Source of the DNA: an uncultured Pelagibacteraceae bacterium
GTDB lineage: Bacteria > Pseudomonadota > Alphaproteobacteria > Pelagibacterales > Pelagibacteraceae
Direction: 5' to 3'
Length of the DNA: 64,000 nucleotides
Assembly (NCBI GenBank): GCA_902611815.1
Contig: CACMAZ010000002.1
Span: forward strand, 2,178 to 66,177
A program made the position numbers and the translations under genes. The number at the start of each line of letters is the position of its first letter. Within the stretch, counting starts at the first letter, position 1. This document shows positions 40,616-51,096 of this stretch, piece by piece. The notes below the pieces were generated by a model that was given only the letters and a program-made list of their open reading frames with translations, was not told the origin of the DNA and made no database searches.

Positions 40616-42435
40616 TGTTTAAGGGTAATTTTATAAACAATCTCCCCAAGATTTATGGAACATACACCGGTGGTTTCATAGTTTTCATAATCTTGATGGC
40701 GATTGCTGAACAAGCTGGAATGTCTGCAAAAGTAATTGGTATTTGCTTTGTAGCCTTTACAGTTTTAATTTATGCACTAATTGGTTACCTATCTCGTACA
40801 ATTCAAGTTGATGCATATTACTTAGCTGGAAGACAAGTTCCAACAGTGTTCAACGGTATGGCTACAGCAGCAGACTGGATGTCTGGTGCTTCATTCGTTG
40901 CGATGGCTGGAGGAATTTACTTCAAAGGTTATGGTTATATGGCACTACTTGTTGGTTGGACGGGTGGATACGTACTAGTTGCTTCGCTACTAGCACCATA
41001 TTTAAGAAAATTTGGTTGTTACACAGTTCCAGATTTCATTGGAACTAGATATGGCGGAAACTTAGCTAGACTATCTGCGGTAATAGTCTTAACAGTTGCA
41101 TCATTCACTTATGTGACAGCGCAGATTAATGCTACAGGAACAATTGCATCAGTTGCACTTGATATTCCTTTTAACATTGCTGTTTACGTAGGATTAGCAA
41201 GTATATTGATGTGTTCAATGCTTGGTGGAATGAGAGCGGTTACATGGACGCAAGTAGCTCAATACATTGTATTGATTATAGCTTACTTGATACCTGTATT
41301 CTGGATCAGTAACAAAATGGGTGCTGGAGTATTTCCACACTTAATGTTAGCAGATGAAGTTGCTAGAATCGCTGAGTTAGAAGCTCAGTTTGGTCTTGGC
41401 AGTGTTAAAAATTCTGCAGCTGATTTAAAACAGGTTCCTAAAGGACTATCAGGTATAACCAAAGCGCACGCTGAAGTTAACACTACACCTTGGAAATTTA
41501 TTTCATTAGCGGTTTGTATGATGGCTGGAACAGCTTCATTACCACACGTTATGATGAGATATTTCACTACTCCAAGTGTAAAAGCTGCTAGAAGATCAGT
41601 AGGTTGGTCACTATTCTTTATATTCCTACTTTATTCATCAGCTCCAATGTTAGCTACATTATCTAAACTATCGTTAATGGATCCAAACTTAGCAACAGGA
41701 ATTATTGGTAAGTCAATTTCTGAAGTTCAAGCAATTGACTGGTATCAAAACTGGAACCAAGCAAACTTAATGTTTGTAAGCGACTTTAACGGAAATGGAA
41801 CTCTCGAATTAAACGAGTTCTTCATGGGTGGTAAAGCCGTTGTATTGGCAACTCCAGAGATAGCAGGATTACCATATGTAATTTCTGGTCTAGTTGCTGC
41901 TGGAGGTATGGCTGCTGCCATGTCAACAGCTGACGGATTAGTGTTAGCGATATCTAATGCATTATCTCACGACATTTACTACAAGATGATTAACCCTAAA
42001 GCGGAAACAGCTAAAAGATTGTTAATCGCAAGGATATTACTTGTATTAATTGGTTTCGCTGGAGCAACAATTGCAGCTCTTGAAATTCAAGGTATCTTAG
42101 GTTCGGTTATCTGGGCTTTTGACTTTGCGATGTCAGGATTATTCTTCCCACTTGTACTAGGAGTATGGTGGAAGAGAGCAAATGCTCAAGGAGCAGTCGC
42201 AGGAATGCTAGGAGGACTAGCCGCTGGAACAGCATACTTGATTGCTGTAAGAAGTGGTTACCCTGGTTTCTTAGATATTACTCAGTTAACATTTGGTATA
42301 GTTGGATCAGTAGTAAGCTTAGTACTTATGATCGTAGTCAGCTTGGCAACTAAAGCGCCAGACGCTGCTACTCAGAAAATGGTAGACGATGTTCGTGTAC
42401 CAAGTGGTAAAGCGATACTAGGAAGACAACACTAA
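40615..42435 (+). CDS. actP: Sodium:solute symporter, ActP-like (VC_2705 subfamily)
   Basis: NGMATAADWMSGASF, APYLRKFG.YTVPDFIG.RY, GTASLPH...RYFT, AAAMSTADG; adjacent to acs. Confidence 0.85.
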   Translation: MFKGNFINNLPKIYGTYTGGFIVFIILMAIAEQAGMSAKVIGICFVAFTVLIYALIGYLSRTIQVDAYYLAGRQVPTVFNGMATAADWMSGASFVAMAGGIYFKGYGYMALLVGWTGGYVLVASLLAPYLRKFGCYTVPDFIGTRYGGNLARLSAVIVLTVASFTYVTAQINATGTIASVALDIPFNIAVYVGLASILMCSMLGGMRAVTWTQVAQYIVLIIAYLIPVFWISNKMGAGVFPHLMLADEVARIAELEAQFGLGSVKNSAADLKQVPKGLSGITKAHAEVNTTPWKFISLAVCMMAGTASLPHVMMRYFTTPSVKAARRSVGWSLFFIFLLYSSAPMLATLSKLSLMDPNLATGIIGKSISEVQAIDWYQNWNQANLMFVSDFNGNGTLELNEFFMGGKAVVLATPEIAGLPYVISGLVAAGGMAAAMSTADGLVLAISNALSHDIYYKMINPKAETAKRLLIARILLVLIGFAGATIAALEIQGILGSVIWAFDFAMSGLFFPLVLGVWWKRANAQGAVAGMLGGLAAGTAYLIAVRSGYPGFLDITQLTFGIVGSVVSLVLMIVVSLATKAPDAATQKMVDDVRVPSGKAILGRQH

Positions 42436-42447
42436 ATACTTAATTTT

Positions 42448-42480
42448 TAAGGGGCGAGAATTTATCGCCCCTTACTTTTT
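42448..42480 (+). terminator. Intrinsic terminator after the symporter
   Basis: TAAGGGGCGA/TCGCCCCTTA 10-bp stem followed by CTTTTT. Confidence 0.88.
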
Positions 42481-42490
42481 CCACACAGAC

Positions 42491-42841
42491 ATGTACGCAA
42501 ACTTTCACCCAATGATTTACCTAATTGACTATGTCATGGGTATGATCATGTGGACTTTAATTGGAAGAGTTGCAATGAATATATTTCAAAGGGAAGACTC
42601 TAGTTTTTTCTTTATGAAAGTTTTTGTTAAATTGACAGATCCTTTTATAACAATGTTTAGGTTTATAACCCCATCCTTCATCATAAAACCTCTGGTTCCT
42701 TTATATGTTGCCTGGTTTTTCTATATGTTCAGATTTTATCTAATGCCATACTTAATGGGTTATTCAGTAATGGGAATGCTTTCTTTTCCATTGGAAAGTG
42801 AAATTGCATCCCAAATTTATCAAATATTTGGTAAAAAATAA
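42491..42841 (+). CDS. YggT-like membrane protein
   Basis: Hydrophobic; KLTDP motif similar to YggT. Confidence 0.6.
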   Translation: MYANFHPMIYLIDYVMGMIMWTLIGRVAMNIFQREDSSFFFMKVFVKLTDPFITMFRFITPSFIIKPLVPLYVAWFFYMFRFYLMPYLMGYSVMGMLSFPLESEIASQIYQIFGKK

Positions 42842-42883
42842 TTCAAAAAAAAAACAAAAATTGATACTAGTAAATAAGTATCA

Positions 42884-43543
42884 ATGAAAAAAATAAAAAT
42901 ATCACCATCAATTTTATCAGCAGATTTTAGTCAACTTGGGCAAGAGATTAAAAATTTAGAAAACAGTGGGGCTGATATGATCCATGTGGATGTTATGGAT
43001 GGACACTTTGTGCCTAATCTAACTATAGGTCCTCCTGTGATAAAGGCTTTAAGGAAATATACCAATATTCCATTTGATGTACATTTAATGATCAATCCTG
43101 TGCACAAGTACATAAAAGATTATGCAGAAAGTGGTGCTGATATAATTACAATACATCCAGAGGCAACTAGTTCATTGCAAGAGTCTATTGATGAAATAAA
43201 AAAATATAAAAAAAAAGTAGGTATATCATTAAATCCAGACACAAAAATTGAAGTAATAGAAAAATATCTAGATCAAATTGACTTGGTTTTAGTAATGAGT
43301 GTTTTTCCAGGATTTGGAGGGCAAAAATTTATAAAAGATGTTCTTAAAAAAATTGAAAGAATAAGTGAAATTAAAGATAAAAATAGTTTTAAATTTGATA
43401 TTGAAGTTGATGGTGGAATAAATTTTTCAAATTTTAAAGAAGTACTTGAAGCTGGAGCAAATGTTTTAGTGTCGGGTACAACAATTTTTAAAGAGAATAA
43501 TGGAGACATAAAAAAAAATATAAATTTTTTAAAAACTATTTAG
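42884..43543 (+). CDS. rpe: Ribulose-phosphate 3-epimerase
   Basis: SPSILSADF, HVDVMDGHFVPN, EVDGGI. Confidence 0.97.
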   Translation: MKKIKISPSILSADFSQLGQEIKNLENSGADMIHVDVMDGHFVPNLTIGPPVIKALRKYTNIPFDVHLMINPVHKYIKDYAESGADIITIHPEATSSLQESIDEIKKYKKKVGISLNPDTKIEVIEKYLDQIDLVLVMSVFPGFGGQKFIKDVLKKIERISEIKDKNSFKFDIEVDGGINFSNFKEVLEAGANVLVSGTTIFKENNGDIKKNINFLKTI

Positions 43544-43550
43544 ATATTGT

Positions 43551-45176
43551 ATGGGTTACAAAGAAAATTCTATAACTAATCCCTTTTTATATATTGCTAA
43601 ACAAATAAGAAGATTTTATTTAAACTCAAGTATTTACAATACTAAAATTTCAAAAGTTTTTGATGGTGGTTTTGAATATATTCCACAACTTAAAATTTTC
43701 GATTGTATTGTAAAAGTTAAGGATAGACGAAATAGAATTGAAGATTATAATGTAGAAAGTATCTGGGTAAATAAAAATATATCGGAAAAAGATTTTAGAA
43801 AATTACATAGTTTTTTTTGGTTATTTACTATTGATTTAAAATCTTCTAAAAAGATTACTAGATCTGTAATCTCTAATTGGGCAAATTTAAATCAAAATTA
43901 TAGTTTTAAAAGCTGGGAATTAAACACGCTCTCAAAAAGAGTTATTTCTTGGATAGCAAATAGCAATAACTTCTATCATGAGGGTGATGAGAGTTTTAAA
44001 ATAAATTTTACAAAGATTATAAAAAAACAATTAAATCACTTAATTAATGAAATAGAAAATACAGAACTTGTAAACGACAAAATGATTGGTTGTTCTGCAA
44101 TCATTATGGGTGGTTTATGTTTTAAACACCAGATGCAATACTTAAACATTGGGTTTCAATTACTAAAGAAAATAATTGACACAATTTTTGATAATGATGG
44201 CTTCCCAAAATCTAGAAATCCTCGACAGGTAATTTTTTATTTAAAATATTTTGTTTTTATAAGAGAATTACTAAGAGACGCAAGTGCTGATATACCAGAA
44301 TTTTTAAATGAAATTATATTCTATCTTGGGCAATCCTTTAATTTCTATTTTGAAGAAGACGATGGCATATTTTTATTTAATGGCAACCATAATTTAAATA
44401 CTACAGGCTTTAAAAAATATCTTAAAGAACATGGTTATAAATTTAAAAATAAATTTAATAGTGTTGGAGGTTATTCAATACTTAAAAATAAAAAAGATAC
44501 TATTATAGTTGATTTTGGACCAACACCCGATAAGAAATATTCTGCTGATTATCAATCTGGTGCTTTGTCTTTAGAGATTTTTCACAATAAAGAAAAAGTA
44601 ATTACTAATTGCGGATACTTTCAAAATTATAATCATAAATTAAATATTTTATCCAAATCGACAGCTGCTCACTCTACTGTCTCAATTGACGATAGATCTT
44701 CATGTAAATTTAAAAAGGATAAATTAGGTTGCTTTACTTTGGAAAGTGCTGTGAAAGTGACAAACAAAAAAATTTACCAAGATGATGAAATTTGGGAAAT
44801 ACAGGGAGTGCATGATGGTTATTTAAAGGAATATGGTATTTTACATAAAAGAATTATCAAATTTTTTCCAAAAGAATTTAAGTACGTTGGTGAAGATATA
44901 ATAATTAGCAAAAAAAATTTTCGAAAAGTTGGCTATGACATAAGATTTCATTTGTTGCCAGGCACTAACGCAATAAAGACACAAGATAGGCAGTCTATTT
45001 TATTACAATTAAAAAAATCTGGATGGAGATTCATTTGCAATCATAAAAATTTTGGCATTGAGACAGGATTATATTTTGGCAAAAAAGATTCTTATACCGA
45101 AAATAAAAACCTTTATATAAATGGGGAAATCTCAAAAGAGGAAGAAAAAATAGAGTGGGAAATCAAAAAAATATGA
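43551..45176 (+). CDS. Heparinase II/III-like protein
   Basis: DG...SRNP, GALSLE, STAAHST, HDGY, IRFHL; typical purH neighbour in Alphaproteobacteria. Confidence 0.75.
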   Translation: MGYKENSITNPFLYIAKQIRRFYLNSSIYNTKISKVFDGGFEYIPQLKIFDCIVKVKDRRNRIEDYNVESIWVNKNISEKDFRKLHSFFWLFTIDLKSSKKITRSVISNWANLNQNYSFKSWELNTLSKRVISWIANSNNFYHEGDESFKINFTKIIKKQLNHLINEIENTELVNDKMIGCSAIIMGGLCFKHQMQYLNIGFQLLKKIIDTIFDNDGFPKSRNPRQVIFYLKYFVFIRELLRDASADIPEFLNEIIFYLGQSFNFYFEEDDGIFLFNGNHNLNTTGFKKYLKEHGYKFKNKFNSVGGYSILKNKKDTIIVDFGPTPDKKYSADYQSGALSLEIFHNKEKVITNCGYFQNYNHKLNILSKSTAAHSTVSIDDRSSCKFKKDKLGCFTLESAVKVTNKKIYQDDEIWEIQGVHDGYLKEYGILHKRIIKFFPKEFKYVGEDIIISKKNFRKVGYDIRFHLLPGTNAIKTQDRQSILLQLKKSGWRFICNHKNFGIETGLYFGKKDSYTENKNLYINGEISKEEEKIEWEIKKI

Positions 45177-46711
45177 AGAAAAAAATAAGAAGGGCTATAA
45201 TATCAGTTTCTGACAAGTCAAAACTTATTAAAATTTTACCAACCTTAAGAAAATTTAAAATTGAGATTTTAAGTTCCGGAGGCACTTATAAATATATAAG
45301 GAAACATAAATTTAAGTGTATTGAAATTAGTGATTTCACCGGTTTTCAGGAAATTTTAGATGGCAGGGTAAAAACTCTTCATCCAAAAATACATTCTGGA
45401 ATACTTTTTAAGAGAGGCAATAAAAAACATTTAAATCAGATCAAAAAACTAAATTTTAAGGATATAAATCTTGTGATTGTAAATTTTTATCCTTTTGAAC
45501 AAACTGTCTTTGACAATAAAAAAGAAGATAAAATTATTGAAAATATTGATATTGGCGGTCCAGCTCTTGCAAGGTCTGCTGCAAAGAACTTTAAAGACGT
45601 AGTTGTAATAACTTCCAATTATCAATTAGAAAATTTAATTAATGAGTTAAATAATAATAAAGGTTCAACAACTCTTAAATTTAGAAAAGAATTATCACAA
45701 GAAGCTTTTAATGAAACTGCTTATTACGATGCAAATATTTCGAAATATTTTAACAGAAGTATGAATAAGAGTTATCCAAGTAAAATAACTTTTAATGGAA
45801 AATTAGTTGGCAAACTAAGATATGGAGAAAATCCACATCAATCTGCTGCTTTGTACTCTAGCGAGGATTTTAATGAGTTAGAAAAACTAAATGGTAAAGA
45901 TTTAAGTTACAATAATTATAACGATATTTATTTTGGGCTTGAGATTATAAATAGTCTGCCAAGGGGGATAGGCACAGCCATTATTAAGCATGCTAATCCA
46001 TCAGGAGTATCAATCGATAAAAATCAATTTTCTAGTTTTAATCGAGCTTTTAATTGTGATCCAATAAGTGCCTTTGGTGGAGTTATTGTTTGTAATTATA
46101 AAATTAAATCGGAGACCGCTAGAGAAATAAGTAACAAATTTTTTGAGGTTATAGTTGCAAAAGATTTTGATAATAAGGCTTTATCGATTTTAAAGAAAAG
46201 AAAGAATTTAAGAATTATTAAAAGTAACCAGAAATATGATTCAAACCAAATAATGTTAAATTCACTTTCCAAAAAATTTATTTTACAAAATTGTGATAAT
46301 ATAAATTTGAGTCGAAAAATGTTCAAAGTTGTGTCAAAAAAGAAACCTAATAAAAAAATGTTTAATGATCTTATTTTTGCTTTTAATGTTTGTAGATTTG
46401 TAAAATCTAATGCAATAGTATTAACAAATAATGATTCAACAGTAGGTATTGGGTCAGGACAACCTAGTAGACTGGATAGTTGCGAAATTGCTATTAATAA
46501 AATGAAAAAATTTAATCTCAATTCAGAAAATTTAGTCGCAGCTTCAGATGCTTTTTTTCCTTTTGTTGATGGTATTGAAACACTGGTCCAGTCTGGTGCA
46601 AAAGGAATTATTCAACCTTACGGTTCAGTAAGAGATAGAGAAATTATAAAGTTTGCAGACAATACAAACACTGTACTAGTTTTTTCAAAAACTAGACATT
46701 TTAGACACTAA
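45173..46711 (+). CDS. purH: Bifunctional AICAR transformylase/IMP cyclohydrolase
   Basis: ISVSDK, GRVKTLHP, LRYGENPHQ, ASDAFFPF, RHFRH; start moved to ATG 45173. Confidence 0.96.
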   Translation: MKKKIRRAIISVSDKSKLIKILPTLRKFKIEILSSGGTYKYIRKHKFKCIEISDFTGFQEILDGRVKTLHPKIHSGILFKRGNKKHLNQIKKLNFKDINLVIVNFYPFEQTVFDNKKEDKIIENIDIGGPALARSAAKNFKDVVVITSNYQLENLINELNNNKGSTTLKFRKELSQEAFNETAYYDANISKYFNRSMNKSYPSKITFNGKLVGKLRYGENPHQSAALYSSEDFNELEKLNGKDLSYNNYNDIYFGLEIINSLPRGIGTAIIKHANPSGVSIDKNQFSSFNRAFNCDPISAFGGVIVCNYKIKSETAREISNKFFEVIVAKDFDNKALSILKKRKNLRIIKSNQKYDSNQIMLNSLSKKFILQNCDNINLSRKMFKVVSKKKPNKKMFNDLIFAFNVCRFVKSNAIVLTNNDSTVGIGSGQPSRLDSCEIAINKMKKFNLNSENLVAASDAFFPFVDGIETLVQSGAKGIIQPYGSVRDREIIKFADNTNTVLVFSKTRHFRH

Positions 46712-47046
46712 ATTATTTTATCAATTTTAGCGGCAAGTATAAAATCACTTTCAGCTAGGCCATTTATTGCATGAGTAAATATTTTAATTTTCGCGTATCC
46801 CCAACCAAACCATAAGTCTGGATGATGTCCTTCAGCTTCAGCAATTGATCCAACTTTATTAACAAAATTTTGGGCATCTATAAAATTTTCGAACTTAAAT
46901 TCTTTTAACAAATAAAAATTTTCATTTTCATTTTTTTTGACATCCCATCCATCAACTTTCTTCAAGTATTTGTGAATTTCGCTTAAATTAAATGATGGGA
47001 TGCCTCCTTCACAAGGCACACATTTTTTTTTTGATAAATCATCCAT
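46708..47046 (-). CDS. phhB: Pterin-4a-carbinolamine dehydratase
   Basis: CVPCEGG, AEAEGHHPD, THAINGL..SDFILAAKID. Confidence 0.9.
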   Translation of the reverse strand: MDDLSKKKCVPCEGGIPSFNLSEIHKYLKKVDGWDVKKNENENFYLLKEFKFENFIDAQNFVNKVGSIAEAEGHHPDLWFGWGYAKIKIFTHAINGLAESDFILAAKIDKII

Positions 47047-47059
47047 AATTAAATTTTTT

Positions 47060-47134
47060 TGGAGCGGGCAATGGGACTTGAACCCACGACCTTCTCGTTG
47101 GCAACGAGACGCTCTACCACTGAGCTACGCCCGC
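47060..47134 (-). tRNA. tRNA-Gly(GCC)
   Basis: GCGGGCGTAGCTCAGTGGTAGAGC...TTGCCAA...GGTTCAAGTCCC...CCCGCTCCA; encoded CCA. Confidence 0.97.
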
Positions 47135-47232
47135 TTATAAATAAATATTAAAATTAAAGGCTTTTTACGAATTAAGCAAGGGTCAATATGAACATAGATC
47201 TTTTTAAGAATATTTGTTATTTTTTTAATCAA

Positions 47233-47877
47233 ATGAGTAAAATTATTAAACTACCAAACACTTTACCTGTATTTCCACTTTCAAATTTTATATATTTTCC
47301 AAATACATCAGCACCCCTAAATATTTTTGAACCAAGATACATCCAGATGATTGATGAGAGCATGAAGACTAATCGAATGATTGGTATGGCTCAACCTAAG
47401 GGTACAAGCACTAAGGAAAAACCTGAACTTTTTAAAGTAGGATGCTTAGGAAAAATATCTAGTTTTAATGAAACCGAAGATGGAAGATATGTAATAGTTT
47501 TAAATGGAGTTTCTAGATTTAATATAGTCGAAGAAATAGACAATGGAAAAACTTTTAGAGAATTTAAAATAAATTTTGAGGGTTTTGAAAGCGATATAGA
47601 TGGCAAAGAAGTCGATATAAATTTTTCTGATTTAAATATGATATTTAATAATCTCAAAAAAATATTTGAAAAACAAGGCTATTTAATAAATTGGAAAGAG
47701 TTAGAAAAGCAAAGTTTAGATCAAACTATAAACACCCTGTCTATGGCCTCGCCATTTTCAAAAGAAGAAAAACAAATGTTATTAGAAGCAAGAGATTTAG
47801 AATTTAGAAAACAAAAACTTGAGCAAATAATAAAACTTTATACATCGGATAGCTTTAGTAACAAAACATTACAATAA
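47233..47877 (+). CDS. LON peptidase N-terminal (substrate-binding) domain protein
   Basis: LPVFPL, LNIFEPRYIQM, GCLGKI, DGRY; start moved to ATG 47233. Confidence 0.88.
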   Translation: MSKIIKLPNTLPVFPLSNFIYFPNTSAPLNIFEPRYIQMIDESMKTNRMIGMAQPKGTSTKEKPELFKVGCLGKISSFNETEDGRYVIVLNGVSRFNIVEEIDNGKTFREFKINFEGFESDIDGKEVDINFSDLNMIFNNLKKIFEKQGYLINWKELEKQSLDQTINTLSMASPFSKEEKQMLLEARDLEFRKQKLEQIIKLYTSDSFSNKTLQ

Positions 47878-48972
47878 TTATAAAAGAAATCCTTTATCAG
47901 CAAAACCTTCCAATTTTTTTTTAATAAATCTATTTTTATTTGTAATTTTAAAAAATTTATCTACAGATTTTATGTTATATTTATTTAAAAGCTTAAAAAA
48001 CTCATGTAAAAAATCAACTCCAATACCAAATAGAAAATTACTATTTTTTCTCTTTCTCTCAAATTTTTCTAACACAGAATTAAGGTTTAACCCAAGATCC
48101 AGATTGTTTTTTATTAATTCACTCAAAATTCTTGCATCTCGCAAAGTCATATTAAATCCTTGTCCGGCTAGAGGATGGATTCTATGCAATGCGTCTCCAA
48201 ATGATAAAATATTTCTGTTAAAATAGTTGCGTGATAAAGACAGATAAATCGGAAATTCCTTGAGCTCACCAATATTTTTGATTTTATAAGTTTTATTATA
48301 ATATTTAATAAGACTCACTATTCTTAATTTGTCTTTGATTAAATCTCGATCAAATACAGAAAAGACAACTGAAGTTTTTTTATTAGAGATAGGTAAAAAA
48401 GCCAAAGGTCCAAATTTTGTAAAGTATTGTTCTGCAATATTATTTATTTTTTTTGAATGATTTATAATTGTTGTAAAGGCAGTACTATTATAATCTTTTT
48501 TGTAGTGTTTGCTAAAAAATCTTTTAAATAAAAGATTATTCGTATCAGTTATTATAATTATCTCGTAATTTTTTCTTTTTAAATCTAAAAGTTGTTTATC
48601 GTTTGTATTCCTTCTAAATTTAACAAGCTTGTTTTTTTTGATTTTTGTTTCAAGGTTATTATAAAAATAATTATAAGTAGTCATAAAAAAACTACTTTTT
48701 TTTGATTTAAAATTTAAAAAAATTTCAGGGTTATCATCTTTATACAAGTTAATTTCTTTTATATCCCAACAATCCTTTTTCTTTAAAATTTTTTCACCTT
48801 CTAAAAAATCAATACTATAATTAGACAATCCAATTGTCCTTGAATTTTTACTATATAAAGACTTTATCTTTTTATTATTAGAATAGTAAATATCTACACT
48901 TACACCATTATTGATAAAAATTTTTGATAATACCAAGGTTGTTAAACTTTTTCCTATTAAACAAACAGTCAT
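47878..48972 (-). CDS. UbiH/UbiL-family FAD monooxygenase (divergent)
   Basis: FTKFGPLAFLP, GDALHRIHPLAGQGFN..LRD; degenerate N-terminal Rossmann motif; divergent from ftsK. Confidence 0.8.
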   Translation of the reverse strand: MTVCLIGKSLTTLVLSKIFINNGVSVDIYYSNNKKIKSLYSKNSRTIGLSNYSIDFLEGEKILKKKDCWDIKEINLYKDDNPEIFLNFKSKKSSFFMTTYNYFYNNLETKIKKNKLVKFRRNTNDKQLLDLKRKNYEIIIITDTNNLLFKRFFSKHYKKDYNSTAFTTIINHSKKINNIAEQYFTKFGPLAFLPISNKKTSVVFSVFDRDLIKDKLRIVSLIKYYNKTYKIKNIGELKEFPIYLSLSRNYFNRNILSFGDALHRIHPLAGQGFNMTLRDARILSELIKNNLDLGLNLNSVLEKFERKRKNSNFLFGIGVDFLHEFFKLLNKYNIKSVDKFFKITNKNRFIKKKLEGFADKGFLL

Positions 48973-49029
48973 AATTTTTAATTTTAACAACAAATATTAA
49001 ATGATACAAAGTGGTAAATTTGATTCTTT

Positions 49030-51096
49030 ATGAATTTTAAAAATAACGTTGAAAAAGTTAAAGATTTCACACAAAAAAGACTAATTGAAGCTATTGGAAT
49101 TTTATTACTAATACTTTCGATACTCATATTTGTAGCTTTAATTAGTTATAGCCCTACAGACCCAAATTTTATTTATCCTAAAAATCAAGAAATAAATAAT
49201 ATTTTGGGTATCAATGGAAGTATTGGTGCTGATTTTTTGTTACAATCTATAGGTTTAGTCTCTTATTTCTTGCCCGTAACTTTAATATTTTTATCAATAA
49301 AAATAATTTTTCAAAAAAAGTTGATACAGATTATTACTAGTTTTTTTTACATTGTATGTTATTCAATTATTGGGTCTATCTTCTTAACCCAGTTTTACAA
49401 AGAGGCTTTTTTTTTAATAATAAATGGAAACGGTGGATTTGTAGGGAGCTACTTATACAATGACGTATTTTTTAAAATTACAAATTTGAATAACGAGATA
49501 TCTTATTATTTTCTGTTGATACTATTTTTTGTATTATTTCTTCTTAGTATTAAATTTAGATTAATTTGGTTTTCGTCAATAAAAAAGATTTACGAAAGTA
49601 ATAAAATAACTAAACCAGCTGAAAATCCAAAATTTGGGAATGAAATATTTGATGTCAAAGATAACGTTCAAGAAACATTTTCTTTTGATAAAAAAAATGA
49701 GGAAAAAGACAATCAAAAAAAGATTTTTATTTTACCAAAACTTGATTTGCTAGAACAACCAAAAGAAAAATATAAGAAAAATAATTTAAGAAGCGACATA
49801 AATGAAGAGTTTCTCGAAAAAATACTTTTAGACTTTGGAGTAGAAGGTAAAATTAGAAAAATTAGCTCAGGACCTGTCGTAACTTTAAACGAGTTCGAAC
49901 CTGCGGCTGGAGTAAAAGTCTCAAAAATTATAAATTTATCTGATGATATAGCAAGAAATACCAGTTCAGAATCTGCAAGGATTTCTGTCATTCCTGGATC
50001 AAGTTCGGTGGGGATTGAGTTGCCAAATTTAGAAAGGGACAACGTTTCATTAAGAGAAATAATTAATAGCTCTAAGTTCAATAACAAAGATTTAATTTTA
50101 CCAATAGCGCTTGGGAAAAGCATATCTGGTCAACCAATAATAGGTGATTTATCCTCAATGCCTCATTTGCTGATTGCTGGTACAACTGGTTCAGGTAAGT
50201 CAGTGTGTATAAATACTATTTTGCTTTCGCTTTTGTATAGGCATAAACCAAATCTATGTAAGTTTATTTTGATTGATCCAAAAATGCTTGAATTGTCAAC
50301 TTATGAAGGAATACCACATCTTTTATGTCCAGTTATTACTGAAGCAAAAAAAGCTGCAACTGTTTTGGGTTGGGTGGTTAAAGAAATGGAAAATAGATAC
50401 AAATTAATGACAAAAGTTGGAGTTCGAAATATTGGGGGATACAATAAAAAACACAAACTTCCTATGCCTTATATTGTTGTAATTGTTGATGAGATGTCAG
50501 ATTTAATGTTAGTCGCTGGTAAAGAAATTGAAAACTATATTCAAAAACTATCTCAGATGGCTAGAGCTGCTGGAATTCACATAATTATGGCAACACAAAG
50601 ACCAAGCGTTGACGTAATAACAGGTACCATTAAAGCGAATTTCCCAACTAGAGTATCCTTTCAGGTCTCATCAAAAATAGATAGTAGAACCATACTAGGT
50701 GAGCAGGGTGCAGAGCAACTTTTAGGAAAGGGCGATATGTTATATATGTCCTCAGCAAATAGAATAACAAGGATACATGCACCATTTGTATCTGAAAGTG
50801 AAATAGAAAAAATTAACAATTTTTTGAGATCTCAAGGTGAGCCTGAATATGTAGACGAAATTTTAAGTTTATCAGATGAAAAGGGAGGAAATATAGGTGA
50901 GAATGGGGATGATCAATTAGATGATCTATATGAAACAGCATTAGAAATTGTAAAATCTGAGAGAAAAGCCTCTACATCATTTCTACAAAGAAAACTTCAG
51001 ATTGGTTACAATAGAGCTGCTAGAATAATGGACATGATGGAGGAAAAAGGGATTGTAAGTAAAGCAAATCATGTTGGTAAAAGAGAAGTTCTTTAA
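49030..51096 (+). CDS. ftsK: DNA translocase FtsK
   Basis: MPHLLIAGTTGSGKS, ATQRPSVDVITG, LQIGYNRAAR. Confidence 0.97.
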   Translation: MNFKNNVEKVKDFTQKRLIEAIGILLLILSILIFVALISYSPTDPNFIYPKNQEINNILGINGSIGADFLLQSIGLVSYFLPVTLIFLSIKIIFQKKLIQIITSFFYIVCYSIIGSIFLTQFYKEAFFLIINGNGGFVGSYLYNDVFFKITNLNNEISYYFLLILFFVLFLLSIKFRLIWFSSIKKIYESNKITKPAENPKFGNEIFDVKDNVQETFSFDKKNEEKDNQKKIFILPKLDLLEQPKEKYKKNNLRSDINEEFLEKILLDFGVEGKIRKISSGPVVTLNEFEPAAGVKVSKIINLSDDIARNTSSESARISVIPGSSSVGIELPNLERDNVSLREIINSSKFNNKDLILPIALGKSISGQPIIGDLSSMPHLLIAGTTGSGKSVCINTILLSLLYRHKPNLCKFILIDPKMLELSTYEGIPHLLCPVITEAKKAATVLGWVVKEMENRYKLMTKVGVRNIGGYNKKHKLPMPYIVVIVDEMSDLMLVAGKEIENYIQKLSQMARAAGIHIIMATQRPSVDVITGTIKANFPTRVSFQVSSKIDSRTILGEQGAEQLLGKGDMLYMSSANRITRIHAPFVSESEIEKINNFLRSQGEPEYVDEILSLSDEKGGNIGENGDDQLDDLYETALEIVKSERKASTSFLQRKLQIGYNRAARIMDMMEEKGIVSKANHVGKREVL

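Noticed and set aside
47060-47134. tRNA-Gly as an integration site for an island
   Set aside because: No integrase, no duplicated tRNA 3' end seen, and flanks are housekeeping genes
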